The translations under genes and the position numbers were made by a program. A stretch of DNA of 62,383 nucleotides, filler included. It is 3 parts of 3 records of this genome, joined end to end, with 100 filler letters (N's around TTAATTAATTAA, not from the genome) between each part and the next. Parts side by side here need not be neighbours in the genome. Positions count along the whole stretch, not along the records: positions 1 to 11,097 come from SRR31156797_16857; 2 more parts are not named here. One strand, written 5' to 3'. This document shows, in pieces, positions 1 to 8,555 of this stretch (position 1 is the stretch's first letter; the number at the start of each line of letters is the position of its first letter). The notes beneath the pieces are model-generated. The model made no database searches, had not been told where the DNA came from, and saw only the letters and a program-made list of their open reading frames with translations.

Positions 1-78
1 GAAGTCGGGATCGTCGCCAATTTTTAAAAGTCTGTGCATCGAAAAATAAACAGGCTTTTTTTGTTTAAAGAAGTTCAT
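1..78 (-). CDS. Possible N-terminus of a gene running off the left edge (MNFFKQKKPVYFSMHRLLKIGDDPDF...)
   Basis: ATG at 78 on the minus strand with an open frame to position 1; only 26 codons visible. Confidence 0.3.
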   Translation of the reverse strand, partial: MNFFKQKKPVYFSMHRLLKIGDDPDF

Positions 79-277
79 GTAAAGGCAGCAGAGAAGTTAA
101 AGGATGTTGAGAAAAATATCGTATAGTTTGATTTAGTTAGAACGTAAGAAATGCAGAATAGCTTAATTTAGATTTAAAAATCTAAACTATCTTTATTTTA
201 CATTAAATATGAAATTTAAACTAAAAATAAATTGGAGTAGATTTTTTCTAAATAATCATAGAGAGAAGCAAGTCTTT

Positions 278-655
278 TTATTTTAAATATTTGGTAAGGG
301 TATCAATAACAGTTTTGATTCTTAGAGGCTTTGTGAGATAGTCATTGCAGCCTACCTGGCGTGTTTTTTCTTCTTCACCTGACATTACATAGGCAGTTTG
401 AGCAATTATTGGAATGTCTTTATTAAACTCCCGAATTTGCTTTGTTGCTTCGTAGCCATCCATTACAGGTAGTTTAATATCCATTAGAATTAAATCTAAT
501 TTCGTAGTTTTTGCAATATCAACAGCCTCATGACCATTCTCTGCACGTATAATTTGTGCTTGAGTTTTCTTCAATATCTCTTGTAAATATCTGAAGTTGA
601 TATGCTCATCTTCAACAATTAGAATTACTTTATCTTGCCAGTCGTGAGAAATCAT
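278..655 (-). CDS. Single-domain response regulator (CheY-like receiver)
   Basis: ILIVEDE, LILMDIKLPVMDG, IIAQTA and DYLTKP receiver motifs; ATG at 655 preferred over the ORF-track start at 673. Confidence 0.9.
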   Translation of the reverse strand: MISHDWQDKVILIVEDEHINFRYLQEILKKTQAQIIRAENGHEAVDIAKTTKLDLILMDIKLPVMDGYEATKQIREFNKDIPIIAQTAYVMSGEEEKTRQVGCNDYLTKPLRIKTVIDTLTKYLK

Positions 656-721
656 ATTGATTCGTTTTTGCACTTAAGTGCAATATATGGAATAAAGTTA
701 AAAAAAGAGAACTTAAAAAGC

Positions 722-765
722 AAAAAAGCAAGAGATATAAAGCTCAATTATACTTTATACCTCTT
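722..765 (-). terminator. Probable intrinsic terminator after fabI
   Basis: Minus-strand stem AAGAGGTATAAAG/CTTTATATCTCTT followed by GCTTTTTT. Confidence 0.5.
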
Positions 766-788
766 ATTATAAGGTTTATAAAATTGAT

Positions 789-1625
789 TTAATCACAGTC
801 TTTTTCTTCAAAACTTTTTTCATATTGGATCATTGCTCGTTTACTCATACCCATACTAGAAAATCCTCCATCGTGGAATAAGTTCTGCATGGTTACTTTT
901 TTAGTTAGATCTGAGAATAAAGTAATTGTAAAATCAGCACACTCATCAGCATTTGCATTTCCAAGTGGAGACATTCTTTCACTAAAGTCCATCAGCTTAT
1001 CAATTCCTTTTACTCCACTTCCTGCAGTTGTCAATGTTGGCGATTGTGAAATTGTGTTGATTCTAATCCTTTTACTTCGTCCATAAATGTAACCAAAGCT
1101 TCTTGCAATAGATTCTAACATAGCTTTTGCATCTGCCATGTCGTTATACTCAAATAACGTTCTTTGAGCTGCAACGTAAGTTAATGCTACAACAGAACCC
1201 CATTCATTTATTGCATCTAGTTTTTTAGCTGTTTGAATTACTTTATGAAATGATATGGCAGAAATATCTAGCGTTTTTTGAAGAAAATCGTAATTGAGAT
1301 CATCGTATGATCTCTTCTTTCTTACGTTTGGAGACATTCCAATGGAATGTAGTATGAAATCAAATTTGCCCCCTACGGCTTCCATTCCTTTTTCCATTAA
1401 ATTGGTTAAATCATTAACATCAGTAGCATCAGCAGGAATAATAGTGGAATTAGTTTTTTCAGCTAATTCATTGAGTGTTCCTAAGCGAATAGATACCGGT
1501 GTATTTGTAAGCACAAATTGAGCTCCTTCCTCATGAGCTCTTTCTGCCACTTTCCAAGCAATCGATTGATCATTTAGGGCTCCAAAAATAAGCCCTCTTT
1601 TACCTTTTAGTAAATTGTAAGCCAT
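789..1625 (-). CDS. fabI: Enoyl-ACP reductase (Bacteroidota type)
   Basis: SDR fold; GLIFGALNDQSIAW, YNDMADAK catalytic Y/K, QNLFHDGG. Confidence 0.93.
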   Translation of the reverse strand: MAYNLLKGKRGLIFGALNDQSIAWKVAERAHEEGAQFVLTNTPVSIRLGTLNELAEKTNSTIIPADATDVNDLTNLMEKGMEAVGGKFDFILHSIGMSPNVRKKRSYDDLNYDFLQKTLDISAISFHKVIQTAKKLDAINEWGSVVALTYVAAQRTLFEYNDMADAKAMLESIARSFGYIYGRSKRIRINTISQSPTLTTAGSGVKGIDKLMDFSERMSPLGNANADECADFTITLFSDLTKKVTMQNLFHDGGFSSMGMSKRAMIQYEKSFEEKDCD

Positions 1626-1664
1626 GATAGATTTTTTTTGTGGGTTTACCTTGTTTCCAACAAT

Positions 1665-3320
1665 TTAATTGGATAAAAGTTCTTTAGCATTTGCAATTGC
1701 CGCTTTGCCCGGGTTATCGGTGCTTAGCATTTGAGCAATTACATTTATTCTTTCAGAATCTGAGATTGCTTTAATTTGTGTTTGTGCAATATCATTTTCA
1801 TGTTTTTTGTATACAATATTATGATGGTCACCTTTTGCTGCGATTTGCGGTAAATGGGTTATTGCGATTAATTGCATGCTTTGAGCCATATTCTTCATTA
1901 TTTGACCCATTTTATTTGCAATTTCTCCTGATACGCCAGTGTCAATCTCATCAAATATTATAGTAGGTAGTGATTTTTTTGTAGCTACTAAAGATTTAAT
2001 TATTAGCATTATTCTTGAAAGTTCACCTCCTGAAGCAATCTTTGTTATTGCTTTTAATTCATTTTTACGATCTGCAGCAAAAATAAATGATAAAATACTT
2101 TTACCATATTTATTAATATCTTCAGAATAAGCGACTTCAGCTTTAAATATTGCTGTTGGCATACCTAATTCCTTTAATTGATCATTAATAACTTCAGATA
2201 ATTTTGCAGCTATTTGTTCGCGTTTGTGATGTAATTCGATTACTTGTTTATCTATAATCTGTTTTAGCTCACCAAGTTTTCTTTTTAGCAAAAGCAAGTC
2301 ATCTTCAAATGATTCAATAGCATTGATTTCATCACCTAAGTTGTTTTCAATTTCTAATAAGTCATCAATAGATGTTTTATTATGTTTTTGTTGCAGTGAG
2401 TAAATTATATTTAATCTTTTATTAATTTCTTCAAGTCTTATAGGGTCATATTGTATGGTCTCAGTTTTATCGATCAAGTCCTGTGAAATGTCGTTTAAAT
2501 CAATAATTGCAGAGTTAACTCTGTTTAATAATTCTTCACCATTATCAAAATAGTTAGATAATCTACCTATTTCTTGCTTTATATTATTCAATTCATCGAT
2601 AATACTATATTCATCTCTTGTAAATCGACCAATAGCAAGTTTTAAGTTTTCAGCTATTTCTTCACTATTAGAGAGTCTGTTTTGTTCTTGCTCTAGTTCT
2701 AATTGTTCGTTTGATTTCAGTTTAGCACTTTTTAATTCATTGTATTGGAATTGAATAAAGTCAAATTTTTGCTTTTGTTGGATATTTTTTTCTTTAAGGG
2801 CTTCTATTTGTTTTATAAGATCAAGATAATTAGAATAATTTTTTTGATAATTATTGAGTAAATCCACATTGTCTGAGAGTATATCCAATACTTCAAATTG
2901 AAATTTTTGTTGATTCAGCTCGAGGTTTTCGTGTTGAGAATGTATGTCAATAAGTTGATTACCGATTATTTTAACTTGATTTAGATTCACAGGAGTATCA
3001 TTGATAAATGCTCTAGACTTTCCTGTTGGAGTTATTTCTCTCCTTATAATAGTTTGGTGCTCATAATCAAGTCCGTTTTCTTCAAAGAATTTTTCTAATG
3101 AAAGCTTTTCAATGTTAAACTCAATTTCAACAATACATTTTTTATCTTTTTGTCTTAAACTATCACGATCAGCTCTTGATCCTAATGCTAATGCTAATGC
3201 ACCAAGTAAAATTGATTTACCAGCTCCTGTTTCTCCTGTTATAACGGTTAATCCACTCTGAAAATTAATTTCCAGATGATCGATTAGCGCGAAATTTTGA
3301 ACAAACAGTTTTTGGAGCAT
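1665..3320 (-). CDS. recN: DNA repair protein RecN
   Basis: GETGAGKS Walker A, IHSQH Q-loop, ASGGELSR signature, IFDEID Walker B, ITHLPQ. Confidence 0.97.
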   Translation of the reverse strand: MLQKLFVQNFALIDHLEINFQSGLTVITGETGAGKSILLGALALALGSRADRDSLRQKDKKCIVEIEFNIEKLSLEKFFEENGLDYEHQTIIRREITPTGKSRAFINDTPVNLNQVKIIGNQLIDIHSQHENLELNQQKFQFEVLDILSDNVDLLNNYQKNYSNYLDLIKQIEALKEKNIQQKQKFDFIQFQYNELKSAKLKSNEQLELEQEQNRLSNSEEIAENLKLAIGRFTRDEYSIIDELNNIKQEIGRLSNYFDNGEELLNRVNSAIIDLNDISQDLIDKTETIQYDPIRLEEINKRLNIIYSLQQKHNKTSIDDLLEIENNLGDEINAIESFEDDLLLLKRKLGELKQIIDKQVIELHHKREQIAAKLSEVINDQLKELGMPTAIFKAEVAYSEDINKYGKSILSFIFAADRKNELKAITKIASGGELSRIMLIIKSLVATKKSLPTIIFDEIDTGVSGEIANKMGQIMKNMAQSMQLIAITHLPQIAAKGDHHNIVYKKHENDIAQTQIKAISDSERINVIAQMLSTDNPGKAAIANAKELLSN

Positions 3321-3322
3321 AC

Positions 3323-4228
3323 TTATTTATTTTGCATAATTTTTCTATAATCGTCTTGTCTTCCCGGATCTAGTTGTGATAATAGATTGAAAACTCTACG
3401 TTTATTTTGAGGAGTTGCTTTTTGGAAGATACTTACCAGTTCATCAGATTTGGTCTCAAAAAATAAACGAAGTAAGTAACTATCAGGTCTTTTTCTTTGT
3501 AATGATCTAAGCCCTTCTACAGCTTCAATTATTTGGTTTCTAGCGGTCTCATTATCTTTCGTCATTGCGTCAAGTCCCTGTCTGTGATATTTGTAAAAAC
3601 ACTCTCTTAAGGGGCTGTAAAGGTCGTTTTGAATGTCTTCAATAATGGCTGCTCTGTTTTTGCCATCATCTTGAAAACTTCTCCAGCCAGGTGATGGATC
3701 ACTTTGAGCATTGTTTACAATTTTTTCAGCTATGTTGAAAAATTGTGCGCCACTCTTTAGACCAAAAGTATCGTAATCAAGACCAATAATTAGATATGCA
3801 TAATAAGTTAGAACTGAACTTAGGGTAGATGTATAACTATTTACATTAAATTCAATAGCATCCTGAGGGGCATATCTGAATTTCAAATTATTATCTAAAA
3901 GGTTTATTATTGGACTATTGTAATCAGAATTATAAATTGGTCTACTTGAGGTAACTTGAATTGTTCCTGTATAACTATCAGATCCGGTCTGTTCGTTCAA
4001 TGTAATTACTATATTGCATTCAATTCTTTCATCTACTTTGATTACATGATTAGTGAATACAGTGTTATTCATAAACTCAAATATTGTCCTTTGCATTTCT
4101 TCAAAAATAGAACGGTCACTTTTTTGAATTTGCTGATGTATAAGGTTTACCTGACACTTTAATTCTTGTGCAGATATATTTGATATTTGAGTAATTAAGA
4201 TTATTGCTAATATGATAAGTTTACGCAT
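3323..4228 (-). CDS. porD: DUF4835 family protein (type IX secretion PorD-like)
   Basis: Signal peptide ending SAQELKC; FMNNT, SSRPIYNS and IGLDYDTF motifs; typical Bacteroidota position between coaBC and recN. Confidence 0.75.
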   Translation of the reverse strand: MRKLIILAIILITQISNISAQELKCQVNLIHQQIQKSDRSIFEEMQRTIFEFMNNTVFTNHVIKVDERIECNIVITLNEQTGSDSYTGTIQVTSSRPIYNSDYNSPIINLLDNNLKFRYAPQDAIEFNVNSYTSTLSSVLTYYAYLIIGLDYDTFGLKSGAQFFNIAEKIVNNAQSDPSPGWRSFQDDGKNRAAIIEDIQNDLYSPLRECFYKYHRQGLDAMTKDNETARNQIIEAVEGLRSLQRKRPDSYLLRLFFETKSDELVSIFQKATPQNKRRVFNLLSQLDPGRQDDYRKIMQNK

Positions 4229-5444
4229 AATTATATTTTTCGATTATATATTGAACGATATCCTGGGCAACTTCTTTTTTAGATTTGAGAGAAAATTCAT
4301 TTTCATTACCTTTTGAATCAATTATAGTTATTTTATTAGTATCTGTATTGAAGCCAGCACCCTTATCTTTCATTGAGTTTAAAACAATAAAATCAAGGTT
4401 TTTCTTTTGAATTTTCTTTTTTGCGTTTTCTATGGCATTATCAGTTTCCAGTGCAAAACCAACAAGCAATTGTTTGTCAGTTTTAACCTGTCCAAGACTT
4501 GCAGCAATATCTTCATTGGCTGTAAGCTCAATGGTAAGGGCTTTATTGTCCTCTCTTTTTAATTTTTGTTTTGTGGTGTTTTTAACACGGTAATCAGCGA
4601 CTGCTGCAGACATAATAGCAGCATTACTCTGAGGAAAAAGTTGCATTGATTTTTCATACATTTCCTGTGCAGAAGTGACTTTGTGAATTGAAATATTTGG
4701 GTGACTTATTTCAATGCTAACGGGGCCTGAGACTAAATCAACTAAAAATCCACGATTTGCAAGTTCTTCAGCAATGGCATAACCCATTTTTCCGCTAGAG
4801 TGGTTTCCAATATAACGAACAGGATCTATTTTCTCAATTGTAGGTCCTGCGGTTACAAGAATTTTTTTAGATTTTATTTTTTTTTTTGAATCAAAAAATT
4901 TGATTAATGCTTCTGTGATCTTTTCAGGTTCTTCCATTCTACCTTTTCCGATAAGACCACTTGCAAGCTCTCCTGTATCAGGTTCAATAAAACTATGACC
5001 TCGCTTTTTTAAGATGTTAATATTTTCTAAGGTTGCCGGATGTTGAAACATATCCATATCCATAGCAGGAGCAAACATTACAGGACAGCGTACTGATAGG
5101 TATGTGGTAAGTAAGAGATTGTCACAAATACCATGAGCCATTTTAGCCATAGTATTAGCAGAGGCGGGGGCAACTAAGAATAGGTCAGCCCATAATCCAA
5201 GTTCTACATGGCTATTCCAGGCACCATCATCATGACTGAAGAAGTCTGAGATAACGGTATTTTGTGAAAGTGTAGCAAGTGTTACAGGCGTAATAAATTC
5301 TTTACCGTAAGGTGTAATTACAATTTTTACGGTGGCTCCTTGTTTAATCAATAGCCTGGTAAGTGTTGCAGCTTTGTAGGCTGCAATACTTCCGGTTATT
5401 CCAAGTATAATTTTTTTGCCTTCAAGTTGCTTGCTACTTGTCAT
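4221..5444 (-). CDS. coaBC: Bifunctional phosphopantothenoylcysteine decarboxylase/ligase
   Basis: GITGSIAAYK, APASANT, PAMD, VTAGPT.EKIDPVRYI.NHSSGKMG, VGFALET. Confidence 0.97.
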   Translation of the reverse strand: MTSSKQLEGKKIILGITGSIAAYKAATLTRLLIKQGATVKIVITPYGKEFITPVTLATLSQNTVISDFFSHDDGAWNSHVELGLWADLFLVAPASANTMAKMAHGICDNLLLTTYLSVRCPVMFAPAMDMDMFQHPATLENINILKKRGHSFIEPDTGELASGLIGKGRMEEPEKITEALIKFFDSKKKIKSKKILVTAGPTIEKIDPVRYIGNHSSGKMGYAIAEELANRGFLVDLVSGPVSIEISHPNISIHKVTSAQEMYEKSMQLFPQSNAAIMSAAVADYRVKNTTKQKLKREDNKALTIELTANEDIAASLGQVKTDKQLLVGFALETDNAIENAKKKIQKKNLDFIVLNSMKDKGAGFNTDTNKITIIDSKGNENEFSLKSKKEVAQDIVQYIIEKYNYA

Positions 5445-5446
5445 CT

Positions 5447-5773
5447 TTATTGAATTTCTTCGTCAGGATATTTATAGACTATATTTCCGTTTTTAAATTC
5501 TTCTGTTGCAATTAATCCTGCTTTAGGTAATCTTTCGTAGAACTTTGAAATTTCAATTTGCTCACGGTTTTCAAAAATCTCTTCAAGATTATCAGTAACT
5601 GAAGCAAATTCTTCCAATTTTCTTGTCAGCTCATCTTTCAATTCGGCATTGATTTGATTGGCACGTTTAGCAATGATGTTAATTGCTTCGTAGGTATTAC
5701 CAGTTTTAGCGGCAATTTCTTTCAAATCACGCGTTTCTGTTGTTGATGGAGCAGATACTTTTTTAAAGTCCAT
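5447..5773 (-). CDS. rpoZ: RNA polymerase omega subunit (Bacteroidota type)
   Basis: GNTYEAINIIAKRANQI and LEEIFENREQIEISKFYE; bamD-rpoZ-coaBC synteny. Confidence 0.9.
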   Translation of the reverse strand: MDFKKVSAPSTTETRDLKEIAAKTGNTYEAINIIAKRANQINAELKDELTRKLEEFASVTDNLEEIFENREQIEISKFYERLPKAGLIATEEFKNGNIVYKYPDEEIQ

Positions 5774-5781
5774 GATTATAA

Positions 5782-6570
5782 TTATTTTTTAATTTCTTCA
5801 ACTGATTTTGAATATATCTTTTCGGCTTCTCTAATTCTCTTACTTTCAGGGAACTCATCTACAAACGCAAAATATTCGTTAATTGTTTCCTGATAACGTT
5901 CTTTTTGAAGTGATTGGATGCTATTTTTCGCTAATAAAAAGTTCGATTTCATTATGAGATAAAGCAATTCTTCTCGGTATGGTGTGTCCGGATAATCATT
6001 AAGTGTATTCTTTAGCGCGATTAGAGCCGCTTTATAATCTCTTAATTTATAATATAATCTTGCATTCTCGTAGGATTTTTGCTCCAAACGCTTATGAAGA
6101 TCTTTAATTCTTTGGTTGGCAGTATCAACTCTAATTGAACTAGGATATTTATTTATAAAAAGCTGATAACCCTGAATAGCTTTCTTTGTATTTTGTTGAT
6201 CTAGATTATATTTAGGGGCTTCCATTCTGAAACATTCTGCTAACATATATTCACACTCCTGGGTTAATGGATCGTTAGGATATGTTTTAATGAAGTTTCT
6301 AAAATGATAACCTGCCAAAATAAACTCTTTTTGGTTATAGTGAGTATAGGCTTTCATGTAATATAATCTCTTCGCTTTTTTTGTCCCTCTAAAAACAGGT
6401 AGTACATCATTTATAAGAGATTGTGAGCGATACCAATCTTCATCTTCATAATACTCAACAGCTTTTTTATACTTGTATTCGTAATCTTTACTTTTTAATG
6501 CTTTCTGAAATTCGCTACAACCACTGAAGAGTGTTATGATAAATATTGCTAATAAAACTAATTTTTGCAT
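5782..6570 (-). CDS. bamD: Outer membrane assembly lipoprotein BamD
   Basis: Lipobox FSGC, TPR helices, LDQ..T..AI...QLFINKYP, A..Y.K...YKAA. Confidence 0.9.
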   Translation of the reverse strand: MQKLVLLAIFIITLFSGCSEFQKALKSKDYEYKYKKAVEYYEDEDWYRSQSLINDVLPVFRGTKKAKRLYYMKAYTHYNQKEFILAGYHFRNFIKTYPNDPLTQECEYMLAECFRMEAPKYNLDQQNTKKAIQGYQLFINKYPSSIRVDTANQRIKDLHKRLEQKSYENARLYYKLRDYKAALIALKNTLNDYPDTPYREELLYLIMKSNFLLAKNSIQSLQKERYQETINEYFAFVDEFPESKRIREAEKIYSKSVEEIKK

Positions 6571-6679
6571 ACCATGATTTTACATTGCTCAACGGTCAAA
6601 TGACCTAATATATTACACTTTCTACACTTTTTTTAATGAAACAAGAATTGTACCTAAAGGTTTCATCAAATTCAGCTTG

Positions 6680-6687
6680 CAAAGATA
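6680..6687 (-). promoter_or_regulatory. Bacteroidota primary-sigma -7 element for the bamD operon
   Basis: TATCTTTG matches TAnnTTTG on the minus strand, about 110 nt upstream of bamD. Confidence 0.6.
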
Positions 6688-6780
6688 GTGAATACCTGCT
6701 AAAAAAGCCATTAAAACAATTGTTTTTTTAATGGGTGTGTTGCTTCATTCGGTTTAATTGGGAAAAACAAATTAAAAAAG

Positions 6781-6788
6781 TAACTTTG
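6781..6788 (+). promoter_or_regulatory. Bacteroidota primary-sigma -7 element
   Basis: TAACTTTG about 30 nt before the ATG at 6820. Confidence 0.65.
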
Positions 6789-6819
6789 CGCGATAATTTA
6801 TTACAATATTCTGTTGATT

Positions 6820-8082
6820 ATGATTGATATATTTGAGAAAATACGACAAAACCGTGGACCAATTGGACAGTATCAAAAAGCGGGTCATGGTTATTTTTCT
6901 TTTCCTAAATTGGAAGGTGAGATACATCCTCATATGAAGTTTAGGGGAAAAGATGTACTAAATTGGAGTTTAAATAATTACATTGGATTAGCGAACCATC
7001 CGGAAGTTAGAAAAGCAGATGCTGATGCTGCTGTTCAATATGGAATGGCTTACCCAATGGGAGCGCGCATGATGAGTGGTCAAACTAAATATCATGAAGA
7101 GCTTGAGCGTCAATTAGCTAAGTTTGTTGGTAAAGAGGATGCATTTTTGTTAAATTATGGTTATCAGGGAATGCTTTCTATTATTGATGCTTTGGCAGGA
7201 CGTAATGATGTTATAGTTTACGATTCGGAGTCGCATGCTTGTATTATGGATGGAATCTTCTTGCACAAAGCAAAAGGAGGAAAAAGTTTCGTATTTCCTC
7301 ATAATGATATGACCCGTAGTAGAAAAATGTTACAGTTTGCTACTAAGCGAGCTGAAGAGAACAATGGTGGTATTATTTTGATTACTGAAGGAGTTTTTGG
7401 AATGGCAGGTGATCTTGGAAAATTGGATGAGATTGTGGCCATGAAAAAAGACTTTAATTTTCGTTTAGTAGTTGATGATGCTCATGGATTTGGAACAATG
7501 GGAAAAACTGGTGCTGGAGTTGGAGAGCATTTTGGTGTACATGAAGAAATCGATGTTTATTTCTCAACTTTCGCTAAATCAATGGCAGGTATTGGTGCTT
7601 TCGTAGCCTCCGATCATGATGTTGTTGATTTCTTACGCTATAACATGCGTTCACAAACTTTTGCCAAGTCACTTCCAATGCCTATGACGATTGGTGCATT
7701 AAAAAGACTTGAGCTTTTAAAATCTGAACCTGAATTGCGTGAGAACTTATGGAATGTAGCCAAAGCGCTTCAAAAAGGTTTGAAAGATAGAGGTTTTGAT
7801 ATTGGAGATACTGGTTCTCCTGTAACACCTGTAATGATGTACGGTGGTATTATCGAAGCTACAAATCTTGTAATGGATTTACGTGAGAATTTTGGTGTAT
7901 TCTGTTCTGTAGTAATCTATCCTGTTATTCCTAAAGGACATATACTATTGAGATTGATTCCAACAGCAATGCACACTATGGAAGATGTTGAAGTTACTCT
8001 GAATGCTTTTGAGGCATGCCGTGGTAAACTGCAAAAAGGAGAATATAAAACTGAAGAATTTCCAAAGATCCCTCAAGATTAA
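6820..8082 (+). CDS. PLP-dependent alpha-oxoamine synthase, probably cysteate acyltransferase (sulfonolipid/capnine synthesis)
   Basis: NNYIGLANHPEV, DDAHG and STFAK PLP motifs; FPKLEGE, YPMGARMMSG and RSQTFAKS resemble the Flavobacterium/Alistipes cysteate enzymes more than Bacteroides SPT. Confidence 0.75.
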   Translation: MIDIFEKIRQNRGPIGQYQKAGHGYFSFPKLEGEIHPHMKFRGKDVLNWSLNNYIGLANHPEVRKADADAAVQYGMAYPMGARMMSGQTKYHEELERQLAKFVGKEDAFLLNYGYQGMLSIIDALAGRNDVIVYDSESHACIMDGIFLHKAKGGKSFVFPHNDMTRSRKMLQFATKRAEENNGGIILITEGVFGMAGDLGKLDEIVAMKKDFNFRLVVDDAHGFGTMGKTGAGVGEHFGVHEEIDVYFSTFAKSMAGIGAFVASDHDVVDFLRYNMRSQTFAKSLPMPMTIGALKRLELLKSEPELRENLWNVAKALQKGLKDRGFDIGDTGSPVTPVMMYGGIIEATNLVMDLRENFGVFCSVVIYPVIPKGHILLRLIPTAMHTMEDVEVTLNAFEACRGKLQKGEYKTEEFPKIPQD

Positions 8083-8104
8083 AAATAAAATATAGATTAA
8101 GAAT

Positions 8105-8133
8105 AGCCGGGAGTAACTCTTCCGGCTTTTTTT
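8105..8133 (+). terminator. Intrinsic terminator
   Basis: AGCCGG...CCGGCT stem followed by a T-run. Confidence 0.85.
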
Positions 8134-8493
8134 ATGCTTTATTTAAATTTGTGTGTTACGTGGTTAGAAATGATCATATATCTTTAAAATCTCATCCAAC
8201 TAAATTTTTTAGATGTGAAGATTTTTTTTTATTAGCTTCAAATATTTTTTTAATCAAAACAAGTTGTTCATGCTCAAGAAACTGAAAAGTCAAAAGACAT
8301 AAAGTAGGTATATAAAATGATAGTTGATGAGCTAGTGAATGGAGAATTTTTCGGAGTTTTAAAAGCACAAAGTGAAAGTTCTTCAACTGCGATAGCCACT
8401 TTCAAAGTAATATATAAACAACAAATTGGTGATTTGGGTTACAAATCATTATTTGGACAATCTATATGATATGCCAGATGTGAAAGTTGAAAT

Positions 8494-8527
8494 AAAAAGA
8501 AGGCCGGAATTAATTTCCGGCCTTTTT
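8494..8527. terminator. Bidirectional-type terminator downstream of the TonB receptor
   Basis: AGGCCGGAA-loop-TTCCGGCCT flanked by A-rich and T-rich tails. Confidence 0.85.
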
Positions 8528-8555
8528 GTTAAGATTTTTCATGCAATAATTTGAC

